Assembly: GCA_045595365.1 (NCBI GenBank)
Contig: JAZOAI010000027.1
Location: forward strand, 1,268 to 65,267
Direction of reading: 5' to 3'
Source: Eubacteriales bacterium
GTDB lineage: Bacteria; Bacillota; Clostridia; Oscillospirales; JAAYXM01
DNA length: 64,000 bases
The translations under genes were made by a program, and so were the position numbers. Each line of letters begins with the position of its first letter. The first letter of the stretch is position 1. Under the pieces are notes generated by a model. It saw only the letters and a program-made list of their open reading frames with translations, made no database searches and had not been told where the DNA came from. Positions 44,300 to 53,696 of the stretch are shown here, one piece after another.

Positions 44300-46366
44300 T
44301 TAATTAAATGCATTTTTTCCGTCTGAAACATCAAACATTTCTATTATGCGCTGTTTTAAAAGCTTATGCTCGGGAAGTGAAAGTTCCCTGTCTGAGACAA
44401 CAATTCTCTCAGCTTCACTCTTCGCCGCTTCAAGCACCTTCATATCCGACATAAAGCTCGCTATCTTAAGCGTAGGAAGCCCGTGTTGCCGCGTTCCGAA
44501 AAAATCTCCGGGGCCGCGAAGGCGCAAATCCTCTTCAGATATTTTAAACCCGTCGCTCGTTGCGCGGAGTGCTGAGAGCCGCTCACCGGCAGGAGTCCAT
44601 CTCCCGACGTTGGAGAATAAGATACAATATGACTTTGCCTGACCTCTTCCCACTCTTCCGCGAAGCTGATGAAGCTGTGACAGCCCAAACCTTTCGGAAT
44701 TTTCTATTGCCATAACAGTTGCATTGGGGACATTCACACCAACCTCAATAACCGTTGTCGAAACTATAGCAGAAGTCTCCCCCGATACGAAACGGCGCAT
44801 AACCGCATCTTTCTCTTTCTGCCGAAGCTTTCCGTGGAGAACCTCTACCTTTTTCCCGAGAAACACAGTTTCAGAAAGTTCCTTTGCAAACTGCATAGCC
44901 GAGCGAAGCTCGCTCTCCTCATTCTCATCAATGAGCGGGCAGACTATATATGCCTGATGCCCCTGCTCAAGCTGCTTATTTATGAATTCATATGCATCGG
45001 CTCTCTTTGCATCGTTTACAATGAGCGTATCTACGGGAATCCTGCCCGGCGGAAGCTCATCAATTACGGATATGTCAAGGTCACCGTACATTATTAGTGC
45101 AAGTGAGCGCGGAATCGGGGTCGCCGACATAACAAGCTGGTGCGGGTTCTCCCCTTTTGACGCAAGCGCTGCACGCTGGCGGACTCCGAAGCGGTGCTGT
45201 TCGTCAACAATCATAAGCCCCAGCTTTTTAAACTCCACGTCTTCACTTATAACCGCGTGGGTTCCGATAAGCAAATCTATTTCTCCTGCGGCGCAGGCCT
45301 CTTTTATCCTCTTCTTTTCTGATGAACGAAGGCTCCCCGTAAGCAAACCGCAGGTCATCCCGAGTTCTTTAAGTTGCGGGGACAGAGAGATGAAGTGTTG
45401 CTCCGCAAGAATCTCCGTCGGAACCATAAGTGCCGACTGGAGATTATTTATATGTGCAAGATATGCAGAAAATGCCGCAACGGCAGTCTTTCCCGAGCCG
45501 ACGTCTCCCTGAACAATTCTGTTCATAGGTTTTGGCTTCTGCATATCCCGGCTTATTTCCTCCGTAACCCTGAGCTGTGCGCGTGTCATCTCAAACGGGA
45601 GAGCTTTATAAAAAGCATCTGCAGAAACGTTTTTTATTGCAAACCCGGTTTCCGTATCGCGTCGCCCTCTCAGATGCATAAGCCCGAGAGAAAGAACGAA
45701 AAGCTCTTCAAACACTAGGCGCCGTTTTGCTATTTCAAGCTCCTCCTCGCTTGAAGGGAAGTGAATTTCGCGATAAGAATACCCGACATGAGCAAGCCTG
45801 AATTTTCTCCGGATATCCTCGGGCAAAGATTCTACCAGCCCTCCCGAAAATTCGGATAAGGCGTTACGGATAGCTCCGCGCAGAACATCTGCCGAAATCC
45901 CCGAGGTAAGCGGATAAATCGGAAGGATAGCTCCGGTTTTTACCCCCGAGCTATCCTCGCTTTCAAATGTCGGATTTGTCATAGTAAGCCTGCCACCGCG
46001 TTCCTCAACCTTACCGAAGAAGATGTAGGTTTTGCCGGGAACAAGCTTGTCCACACTGTATTTCTGATTAAAAAAGGCGATATTTATCCCGCCCGACTCA
46101 TCTACCGCCCGAAACTCCGCGAGCGAAAAACCCCGCCGGATTTTGCGTGTTCTGACGGGTGATGAAATGCGGGCTCGTATACACGCCTTGTCCCCTGCCC
46201 GAAGCTCCGAAATATCAAGGATTTTCCGTCTGTCCTCATAGTCGCGCGGGAAGAAGTTGAGAAGGTCTCCGACCGTAAATATGCCAAGCTTCGCAAAAGC
46301 CTCGGCACGCTTTTCTCCGACGCCCTTAAGGTAACGTATTCCGGTGTTTAAGTCAGGGTTTGTCAT
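44300..46366 (-). CDS. recG: ATP-dependent DNA helicase RecG
   Basis: It has a wedge domain, Walker A GDVGSGKT, DEQHRFG and the TRG motif QLRGRVGRG. Confidence 0.95.
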   Translation of the reverse strand: MTNPDLNTGIRYLKGVGEKRAEAFAKLGIFTVGDLLNFFPRDYEDRRKILDISELRAGDKACIRARISSPVRTRKIRRGFSLAEFRAVDESGGINIAFFNQKYSVDKLVPGKTYIFFGKVEERGGRLTMTNPTFESEDSSGVKTGAILPIYPLTSGISADVLRGAIRNALSEFSGGLVESLPEDIRRKFRLAHVGYSYREIHFPSSEEELEIAKRRLVFEELFVLSLGLMHLRGRRDTETGFAIKNVSADAFYKALPFEMTRAQLRVTEEISRDMQKPKPMNRIVQGDVGSGKTAVAAFSAYLAHINNLQSALMVPTEILAEQHFISLSPQLKELGMTCGLLTGSLRSSEKKRIKEACAAGEIDLLIGTHAVISEDVEFKKLGLMIVDEQHRFGVRQRAALASKGENPHQLVMSATPIPRSLALIMYGDLDISVIDELPPGRIPVDTLIVNDAKRADAYEFINKQLEQGHQAYIVCPLIDENEESELRSAMQFAKELSETVFLGKKVEVLHGKLRQKEKDAVMRRFVSGETSAIVSTTVIEVGVNVPNATVMAIENSERFGLSQLHQLRGRVGRGQAKSYCILFSNVGRWTPAGERLSALRATSDGFKISEEDLRLRGPGDFFGTRQHGLPTLKIASFMSDMKVLEAAKSEAERIVVSDRELSLPEHKLLKQRIIEMFDVSDGKNAFN

Positions 46367-46372
46367 AAAAAA

Positions 46373-48022
46373 CTACTCCGCAGAAATCAAATAGTAATAA
46401 ACCGGCTGACCGCCGTCAAGAAGCATAACCTCGGCATTTTTTGCCTTTTCCTTGCAGATGTTCTCTACGGGTTCTGCATCCGAGGCAGTCACGCCCTCGC
46501 CGTGGAAAATCGTGACAAAGCTTTTATCCTCGATTCCCATCGCAGAAACGAGCTTCTCAGCGACTTCTGAAAGGTCACAGCCCGATGCGGCAAGCTTGCC
46601 TTCGTTAAGTGCGAGGTATTCACCCTGTTTTATTGAATATCCGTCAAACTCGCTGTCGCGCGCAGCATAGGTAATCGAACCGGTAGAAACGTTTTTCGCC
46701 GCCTCGCTCATAGCTTCTATGTTTGCTTCAAGCTCTGCATCGGGGTCAAACGCGAGCATAGCGGAAATGCCCTGAGGCATAGTCTTTGTTTCAAGAACAA
46801 CGACCTTCTTTTCCGTAAGCTCAACTGTCTGCTGTGCCGCCATAATGATGTTTTTGTTATTCGGAAGAACAAAAACTATCTCAGACGGCGTTGCGTTAAC
46901 CGCAGCGAGAATATCGTCAGTAGACGGGTTCATCGTCTGCCCGCCCTCAACGAGAGTGTTTGCGCCAAGGTCACGGAATACGTTCAGTATCCCCTCGCCC
47001 GCTCCGACAACTGCAAACCCGTATTTTGTCTCGGCCGGCGCAACCTTCGGCTCATCCTTCTCCGGAGCCTCTCCTGCAAAGTTCTCGCTGTGCTGGTAGC
47101 GCATATTATCAATTTTTATGTTTGTAAGCTCGCCGTAAGTAAGTGCGCGGCCTATTGCGCGGTCAGGCTCGTTTGTATGAACGTGAACCTTTATGATGTC
47201 GTCATCATCAACAACGACAACGCAATCGCCTATCGACTCAAGAAACGCGCGAAGGCTTCCCACATCAAGCTTTTTACCCTCGCGGCTTATGTTTACGATA
47301 AATTCGGTGCAGTAGGCAAAGGTGATTTCCTCATCAGACGGTGCAAATCCTGCAGAGGATGAAGCGGAAATCTCCTCACCTGACATCGGAACAACATCGT
47401 TCCCGAGAAGAGTGGACTGCATAGCCTCAAGGACAAGAACCCATCCGCATCCGCCTGCATCAACAACTCCCGCCTTTTTGAGAACGGGGTTCTGCTCCAT
47501 CGTGTCGGCAAGGGCCTCTTTTGCCGCTTCAATAATTTCAACAAAAATAATGTCTATATCGCTGTTTTCTTCCGAGACTTCTTTTGCCTTCTCCGCCGCG
47601 ACTCTCGAAACGGAAAGGATGGTCCCTTCGGCCGGCTTCATAACGGCACGGTATGCCGCCTCTACACCGCTCCCAAGAGCAGCCGCGAGGTCTTTCGCCG
47701 CAAGAAACGCCTTCTCTGCACACGACTTTGCAAAACCGCGGAAAAGAAGGGAAAGAATAACACCTGAGTTTCCTCGTGCTCCGCGAAGCAGAGCAGATGC
47801 CGCGATGCTTGCCGCCTCGCCCACGGTTTCGGGGCTTGCCCCCGCAAGTGCAGACGCTGCCGCGCGCGCGGTGAGGGACATATTCGTACCCGTATCGCCG
47901 TCGGGAACGGGAAAAACGTTAAGCTCGTTGAGCTTTTGTTTGTTATTATCAATCGCCGCAGAAGCCGAAATGACCATACGTTTAAACTCTGCGGCAGTAA
48001 TCTGTTCTCTCAAAATAGGCAC
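46373..48022 (-). CDS. DAK2 domain-containing protein (YloV family)
   Basis: It has N-terminal DGDTG.NM and sits in the conserved asp23-yloV-recG order. Confidence 0.85.
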   Translation of the reverse strand: MPILREQITAAEFKRMVISASAAIDNNKQKLNELNVFPVPDGDTGTNMSLTARAAASALAGASPETVGEAASIAASALLRGARGNSGVILSLLFRGFAKSCAEKAFLAAKDLAAALGSGVEAAYRAVMKPAEGTILSVSRVAAEKAKEVSEENSDIDIIFVEIIEAAKEALADTMEQNPVLKKAGVVDAGGCGWVLVLEAMQSTLLGNDVVPMSGEEISASSSAGFAPSDEEITFAYCTEFIVNISREGKKLDVGSLRAFLESIGDCVVVVDDDDIIKVHVHTNEPDRAIGRALTYGELTNIKIDNMRYQHSENFAGEAPEKDEPKVAPAETKYGFAVVGAGEGILNVFRDLGANTLVEGGQTMNPSTDDILAAVNATPSEIVFVLPNNKNIIMAAQQTVELTEKKVVVLETKTMPQGISAMLAFDPDAELEANIEAMSEAAKNVSTGSITYAARDSEFDGYSIKQGEYLALNEGKLAASGCDLSEVAEKLVSAMGIEDKSFVTIFHGEGVTASDAEPVENICKEKAKNAEVMLLDGGQPVYYYLISAE

Positions 48023-48027
48023 CTCCG

Positions 48028-48375
48028 TTATTCAGCCATTACAGAGTCAACGTTTACATTAACGCATCCGACAGAAACGCGTGTCACGCGCTCAACATTA
48101 TAACGGACCTCGTTTATTATCGACTCACATATTGCAGTAATGTTCACACCGTGGTCAACGATGATATGAACGTCTATATTAACCTTGTCATTTTCGAACG
48201 TAACTCTTACGCCCTTGGACATATTCTCACGCTTGAGCAGGCTGACAATTCCGTCTTTAACGTTTCTGTATGCCATACCGCGAACGCCGAAGCAGTTCGT
48301 AGCGGCGTCTCCTGCAATAACCGTAAAAACTTCATTGGTAATCTCTATTGAACCTTTATCGTTATTGATTATCAT
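48028..48375 (-). CDS. Asp23/Gls24 family protein (YloU-like)
   Basis: It contains GSIEITNEVFTVIAGDAA. I chose the ATG at 48375 with RBS AGGAGG. Confidence 0.85.
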   Translation of the reverse strand: MIINNDKGSIEITNEVFTVIAGDAATNCFGVRGMAYRNVKDGIVSLLKRENMSKGVRVTFENDKVNIDVHIIVDHGVNITAICESIINEVRYNVERVTRVSVGCVNVNVDSVMAE

Positions 48376-48598
48376 AACCGGTCCTCCTTGTAAAGATATA
48401 GAAGCTCGACACACATTATCTGCACATCGACACTAATATAGGATTAATATTATTATATTCTATTTTTGTCAATAACTCAATAGGAATTTTTATAAAACAC
48501 CTAATTTTATATTTCGATTAGAATTTTGATATTGAATCTTATTTTTCATTTTGATATAATTATTTCCATAAATCGAACATTTAAGGAGGACTTTTAGA

Positions 48599-49531
48599 AT
48601 GCTTGAAATCAGCGAAGTCAAGTACGGACAATGGGGAAACTGTGTTCGTCTGTGTGACGGAAGAAATGAGCTTTTAGCTACGCTCGACTTTGGACCCCGA
48701 ATTATAAAGTTTTGCGCTCTTGGAAAAGAAAATATGTTCTTCGAGGATAAAAACGACGAAATAAACGGTTATGATTTTGAAAATGAAACCTCAAAAACTT
48801 ACGGTAAGGATTCCGGAGTATGGCACATAAGAGGCGGCCACCGTTTATGGAAGAGCCCCGAAGGACTTCCCGATACGTATTACCCCGACAACAAGCCTGT
48901 TTCCTATGAGAAGATAGAAAACGGAATAAGGCTTCTCCCCCCTCCCCAGAAAGAAATAAACCTTCAATTTTCAATGGAAATAACAATGCCTGAGGAAAAC
49001 TGCACTCACATTGTCCACACAATCCGGAATATCGGTGACAAGCCCGTCACTCTCGCGCCGTGGGCGCTTTCCGTTCTCTCCCCCGGCGGAACGGAGATTT
49101 TTCCGGTTGCAGACCGCCCCGCTCCTTTCCTCGGAAACCGTCACTTCGTTTTCTGGCAATACACAAGGATGAACGATAAGCGCGCAACCTGGGGTGATAA
49201 GTATATCCGTCTGCGACAGGATTCTGACGCTGAAGTCAACTTCAAGGTGGGCACGCTCTCACAGCACGGATGGGCAGCATACTTTAACCACGGCGATGTT
49301 TTTGTCAATTACTTTGATGTGAACGACGGTCTCCCCCATCCTGACCACGACTGTAACTTTGAAACCTATACCGGGAAATATATGCTTGAAATGGAAAGCC
49401 TTGGTGTCCTTTCCGAGCTCGCGCCGGGAGAAGCTGTTTCTCACAATGAATGCTGGAGCTACTATACCGATGTTGCGCTCCCGGCAAACGATGAGGAAAC
49501 TGATTTGTTCGTAAAAAACATAGTCGAATAA
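48599..49531 (+). CDS. Hypothetical protein, possibly galactose-mutarotase-like fold
   Basis: 310 aa with RBS AAGGAGG. The GGHRLW.SPE motif reminds me of aldose-epimerase-like DUF proteins, but this assignment is weak. Confidence 0.6.
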   Translation: MLEISEVKYGQWGNCVRLCDGRNELLATLDFGPRIIKFCALGKENMFFEDKNDEINGYDFENETSKTYGKDSGVWHIRGGHRLWKSPEGLPDTYYPDNKPVSYEKIENGIRLLPPPQKEINLQFSMEITMPEENCTHIVHTIRNIGDKPVTLAPWALSVLSPGGTEIFPVADRPAPFLGNRHFVFWQYTRMNDKRATWGDKYIRLRQDSDAEVNFKVGTLSQHGWAAYFNHGDVFVNYFDVNDGLPHPDHDCNFETYTGKYMLEMESLGVLSELAPGEAVSHNECWSYYTDVALPANDEETDLFVKNIVE

Positions 49532-49591
49532 ATCCGTCAAAACAAGCAGCGACTTTTTTCTTCAAAAATTTTATTAAATTCTGAAAAAATA

Positions 49592-49620
49592 TTGACAAAG
49601 CTAAAACGTTTTAGTATAAT
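49592..49620 (+). promoter_or_regulatory. Consensus sigma-A promoter with an embedded palindromic operator
   Basis: TTGACA, a 17-nt spacer and TATAAT. The spacer holds the perfect 14-bp palindrome CTAAAACGTTTTAG (49601-49614). Confidence 0.75.
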
Positions 49621-49656
49621 TCAGTTATACTCAAATTTTTATAGGAGGCGACTACT

Positions 49657-50871
49657 ATGGCAAGATCAGGCGGTCCCGGATCCTTCGTATTCGGCGACGA
49701 AGAAAGAAAAGAAGTTATGGAAGTCCTTGACGGGAGATATCTTTTCCGTTACGGCGCAGCAGATGCAGAAGGCTACACACATAAGGTTGTAGACTTTGAA
49801 GATGAACTCAAGAAGGTAATGGGCGCAAAGTACGCTGTTGCTACAACAAGCGGAACCTGCTCACTCCTCGCAGCTCTTGCAGCTCTCGGAATCGGTGGCG
49901 GCGACGAAGTTATCGTTCCGGGTTATACCTTCATCGCATCAATCTCTACGATTATGCTTGCAGGTGCTACCCCTGTTTTGGCTGAAATTGACGAGTCTCT
50001 CACAATTGACCCGACAAAGATTGAAGCTTTAATCACTCCGAAGACAAAGGCAATTCTTCCGGTACATATGCTCGGCAACCCGTGCGACCTCGATGCTATC
50101 ATGGCTATCGCAAAGAAGCACAACCTCTACGTTCTTGAGGACTGCTGCCAGGCTGTCGGCGCAAGCTACAAGGGCAAGCGCGTAGGTACAATCGGCAACA
50201 TCGGTGCTTTCTCACTCAACGTCTTCAAGACAATCTCTACAGGTGACGGCGGCGCTGTTATCACAAACGATGAGAACCTCTACGAGAGAGCTTTCGGTTA
50301 CCACGACCAGGGCCACAAGCCGAACCGTACAGGTGTTGAAATCGGAAACCGCAGCCTTATCGGTATGAATATGAGAATGAACGAGCTCACAGGTGCTGTT
50401 GCTCTTGCTCAGACACGTAAGCTTGACGAAATCCTCTCAACCCTCAGAGCTAAGAAGGCTCTTCTCAAGAGCCTCCTCGCTGACCTTCCGCACATCTCCT
50501 TCAGAAAGATCAACGACGAGGGCGAGTGTGCTACACTCCTCACAATCCTCTTCGATACGAAGGAACTCGCTGAGAAGTTCTGTGAGAAGACAGGCGGCAG
50601 ACCGATTGCTTACTCCGGCTGGCATGTTTACAACAACATGGAGCAGGTTCTCAACAAGCTTCTCCCGGCTCCGACAATGAATGTAAACGACAGAACCTAT
50701 ACAAAGCATATGCTCCCGCAGACAGATGCTATCCTCGAGCGCGCAGTCAACATCAGCGTAGGTGTTGTTGACAAGGGTCTCGGATCAGGATATGGCATCA
50801 ATATCCTCTCAACAGAAGAAGAGATCCGCGATGTTGCTGCAAACATCCGCGAGCTCATCCTCAGCCTCTAA
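49657..50871 (+). CDS. DegT/DnrJ/EryC1/StrS family PLP-dependent sugar aminotransferase
   Basis: It contains TSGTCSL, DEVIVPGYTFIAS and a FSLNVFKTISTGDGG lysine region. 404 aa. Confidence 0.85.
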   Translation: MARSGGPGSFVFGDEERKEVMEVLDGRYLFRYGAADAEGYTHKVVDFEDELKKVMGAKYAVATTSGTCSLLAALAALGIGGGDEVIVPGYTFIASISTIMLAGATPVLAEIDESLTIDPTKIEALITPKTKAILPVHMLGNPCDLDAIMAIAKKHNLYVLEDCCQAVGASYKGKRVGTIGNIGAFSLNVFKTISTGDGGAVITNDENLYERAFGYHDQGHKPNRTGVEIGNRSLIGMNMRMNELTGAVALAQTRKLDEILSTLRAKKALLKSLLADLPHISFRKINDEGECATLLTILFDTKELAEKFCEKTGGRPIAYSGWHVYNNMEQVLNKLLPAPTMNVNDRTYTKHMLPQTDAILERAVNISVGVVDKGLGSGYGINILSTEEEIRDVAANIRELILSL

Positions 50872-50960
50872 TCTTAATCAACCGCTTAATTTGTCTTGAA
50901 TGCCCCGGGGCTTCCCCCGGGGTAACAATAAAAAATCAAAAATTCAGGAGGTCAATTATT

Positions 50961-51995
50961 ATGTCAAGATTTAAGTATTCAGTAGGTCCCTGGAACGTTC
51001 ACGAAGGTGCAGACGCATACGGCCCGGCCGTTCGCGACAGCATCCCCTTCGAAGAAAAAATCAAAACATTTAAGGAAATCGGTTTTGATGCTATTCAGTT
51101 CCATGATGACGACGCTGTTCCGAACATCAACAACTACACAGAAGCAGAAATCATCGAAGAGGCCAAGAAGGTAAAAGCTCTCCTCGACAAGTATGATCTC
51201 GCTGCTGAGTTCGTTGCTCCGCGTCTCTGGTTTGACCCGCACACAACAGACGGCGGCTTCTGCTCCAACAGTGCTGAAGACCGTGAGTATGCAATGTGGA
51301 GAGCATACCGCTCAATCGACATCGCAAATGTTCTCGGATGCGACAAGATTGTTCTCTGGCTTGCTCGTGAAGGCACACTCTGCTATGAAAGCAAGAGCCC
51401 GGTTGAGTCCACAAAGCGCCTTATCGAAGCTATCAACAAGATGCTCGACTACGACAAGAACATCAAGATTATGATCGAGACAAAGCCGAACGAGCCGATC
51501 GACAGAAGCGTTTGCCCGACAATGGGTCACTGCATGGCTATCTCTGCTGCTTCTAAGGATCCGTCACGTGTTGGTGGTCTTCTCGAGTCTGCTCACGCAA
51601 TGCTCGCAGGCCTTGATCCGGCAAGTGAAATCGGCTTTGCTTCAGCTATGGGCAAGCTCTGGGGCGTTCACCTCAACGACCAGAACGGCATCAAGTACGA
51701 CCAGGATAAGAGCTTCGGCGTTGAGAACCTCCGTGCTGCATTCAACCAGATGAAGGTTCTTATGGAAACAGGCTTTGGTAAGAACGGCGAGTACATCGGC
51801 CTTGACGTTAAGGTTATGAGAACTCAGAAGCAGGAAGGCAGCTATCAGCACCTCATCAACAGCCTTAAGATTGCTAAGGCTCTTGAAGCAAAGGCCGAGA
51901 AGTTCGATTACGACTATCAGGCAAAGTGTGTTGCAGAGCGCGACTACGAGAAGCTCGAGATGTATGTCATGGAGCTCCTCATGGGCCTCAACTAA
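50961..51995 (+). CDS. Xylose isomerase-like TIM-barrel protein, resembling class I (actinobacterial-type) xylose isomerase
   Basis: It contains FHDDD, WLAREG (versus WGGREG), ETKPNEP (versus EPKPNEP), TMGHCMA, ESAHAMLAG and VHLNDQNG, matching recalled class I XI catalytic and metal motifs. 344 aa. Confidence 0.75.
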   Translation: MSRFKYSVGPWNVHEGADAYGPAVRDSIPFEEKIKTFKEIGFDAIQFHDDDAVPNINNYTEAEIIEEAKKVKALLDKYDLAAEFVAPRLWFDPHTTDGGFCSNSAEDREYAMWRAYRSIDIANVLGCDKIVLWLAREGTLCYESKSPVESTKRLIEAINKMLDYDKNIKIMIETKPNEPIDRSVCPTMGHCMAISAASKDPSRVGGLLESAHAMLAGLDPASEIGFASAMGKLWGVHLNDQNGIKYDQDKSFGVENLRAAFNQMKVLMETGFGKNGEYIGLDVKVMRTQKQEGSYQHLINSLKIAKALEAKAEKFDYDYQAKCVAERDYEKLEMYVMELLMGLN

Positions 51996-52038
51996 TCAAC
52001 CTGCTTAAAAGAATTAAATTCCAACAAGTTTAATACTT

Positions 52039-52069
52039 GAGGGTGGGTTAAAACCCACCCTCTATTTTT
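52039..52069 (+). terminator. Terminator or attenuator after the isomerase-like gene
   Basis: The stem gagggtgggtt/aacccaccctc is followed by TATTTTT. It lies only ~16 nt before the next ATG. Confidence 0.65.
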
Positions 52070-52085
52070 AAAAGGAGCTTAGATT

Positions 52086-52805
52086 ATGAATATTCTCGCT
52101 ATTGGCGCACATCCCGACGATATTGAAATCAACTGCGCGGGCACACTCGCGAAGTATGCAGCCCAGGGGCATAAGGTTTTTATTGCCACTGCAACTAACG
52201 GCAACATCGGCTCGGCTACGCTTCCCAAAGACGAAATAGGCGCTATCCGTAAGCGCGAGGCTGCAAAGAGCGCAGCTATCATCGGCGCGGAATATATCTG
52301 CCTTGATTATGACGACGAGCTCTTCTATGAAGACGTTTCAGTCCGCATGAAGTTCATAAACCTTGTTCGTCACTGCAAGGCTGATGTCATTCTCACTCAC
52401 AACCCGCACGACTACAACCCTGACCATATGCTCACAAGCAAAATCATAAACGACATTCAGGTTATGATTCCTATTGCGAAGCTCCCGACAGAAGAACCTC
52501 CCTGCCCGACTCTCCCCGTAATCTACTACTTTGAGCCGGCTAAGGGAATGGGTTTCATCCCGACGGACTATGTCGACATCACTGACTACTTTGAAACAAA
52601 GAAGAAGATGTTCCTTTGCCACGAAAGCCAGCAGGCATGGATGGCTGATAACTATGCAGGCTATGGTTCCGGAGAAGATGTCTTCACAGAAGATATGACA
52701 ATCACCTCAAAATACAGAGGTATGCAGTGCGGTGTTAAGTATGCAGAAGCTTTCATCCGTTGCAACGATGCTTATCGTATGACAGCAGAAAGACTTCTTC
52801 CGTAA
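52086..52805 (+). CDS. PIG-L/LmbE family N-acetyl-sugar deacetylase, copy 1
   Basis: It has the AIGAHPDDIEI zinc motif and HNPHDYNPDH. 239 aa. Confidence 0.85.
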   Translation: MNILAIGAHPDDIEINCAGTLAKYAAQGHKVFIATATNGNIGSATLPKDEIGAIRKREAAKSAAIIGAEYICLDYDDELFYEDVSVRMKFINLVRHCKADVILTHNPHDYNPDHMLTSKIINDIQVMIPIAKLPTEEPPCPTLPVIYYFEPAKGMGFIPTDYVDITDYFETKKKMFLCHESQQAWMADNYAGYGSGEDVFTEDMTITSKYRGMQCGVKYAEAFIRCNDAYRMTAERLLP

Positions 52806-52819
52806 CTTAATAAATGATA

Positions 52820-52855
52820 AAAAAGCTCAAGCAGATTTCCGCTTGAGCTTTTTTA
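52820..52855 (+). terminator. Terminator after deacetylase copy 1
   Basis: The stem aaaaagctcaagc/gcttgagcttttt is followed by T's. Confidence 0.7.
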
Positions 52856-52929
52856 TCTTCAAAGGCTCTTGTTTTTATCCTGAAAATGCGGTATTATATT
52901 TGTATAAAAACACTAAAGGAGATTTACAT

Positions 52930-53646
52930 ATGAACATACTTGCAATCGGCGCACATCCCGACGATGTCGAAATAGGCTGCGGAGGCACTCTCGCCAAATA
53001 CGTAGCCCAGGGGCATAAGGTTTTTATTGCCACTGCAACTAACGGCAATATCGGCTCGGCTACGCTTCCGAAAGACGAAATAGGCGCTATCCGTAAGCGC
53101 GAGGCTGCAAAGAGCGCAGCTATCATCGGTGCGGAATATATCTGCCTTGATTATGACGACGAGCTCTTCTATGAAGACGTTTCAGTCCGTATGAAGTTCA
53201 TAAACCTTGTTCGTCACTGCAAGGCTGACGTCATTCTCACTCATAACCCGCACGACTACAACCCTGACCATATGCTCACAAGCAAAATCATAAACGACAT
53301 TCAGGTTATGATTCCTATTGCGAAACTTGAAACGGAAGAACCCCCATGCCCGACTCTCCCTGTAATCTATTACTTTGAGCCGGACCTTGGAATGGGATTT
53401 ATCCCGACGGACTACGTCGACATCACTGACCACTTCGAAACAAAGAAGAAGATGTTCCTTTGCCACGAAAGCCAGCAGGCATGGATGGCAGATAACTACG
53501 CAGGCTTCTCAGCTGAAGATACATTCACAGAGGATATGATAACAACCGCAAAATACAGAGGCATGCAGTGCGGCGTTAAGTATGCAGAGGCATTTGTCCG
53601 CTGCAACGATGCCTACCGTATGACACCGCATAGACTTCTCCCGTAA
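52930..53646 (+). CDS. PIG-L/LmbE family N-acetyl-sugar deacetylase, copy 2
   Basis: It has AIGAHPDDVEI. I chose the ATG at 52930 (RBS AAAGGAG) by alignment with copy 1. 238 aa. Confidence 0.85.
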   Translation: MNILAIGAHPDDVEIGCGGTLAKYVAQGHKVFIATATNGNIGSATLPKDEIGAIRKREAAKSAAIIGAEYICLDYDDELFYEDVSVRMKFINLVRHCKADVILTHNPHDYNPDHMLTSKIINDIQVMIPIAKLETEEPPCPTLPVIYYFEPDLGMGFIPTDYVDITDHFETKKKMFLCHESQQAWMADNYAGFSAEDTFTEDMITTAKYRGMQCGVKYAEAFVRCNDAYRMTPHRLLP

Positions 53647-53666
53647 CTTAATAAAAACAGCAAACA

Positions 53667-53696
53667 AGCCAAGTGGAAATTCCACTTGGCTTTTTA
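53667..53696. terminator. Bidirectional terminator between deacetylase copy 2 and the LacI-family gene
   Basis: The stem aagccaagtgga/tccacttggctt is followed by TTTTT. Confidence 0.7.

Larger units (their letters stand above)
52086..53646 (+). repeat. Tandem gene duplication (period 844 bp) with a near-identical internal tract
   Basis: Positions 52161-52480 and 53005-53324 differ at only 6 silent positions by my eye count, whereas the first ~75 nt of each copy differ at roughly one position in four. Confidence 0.85.

Noticed and set aside
50903-50922. GC-rich hairpin ccccggggcttcccccgggg between the aminotransferase and isomerase genes, considered as a terminator.
   Set aside because: It is followed by an A-rich tract, not a U-rich one, on the coding strand. 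It is more likely an intercistronic stabilising stem, or nothing. It is not called as a feature.
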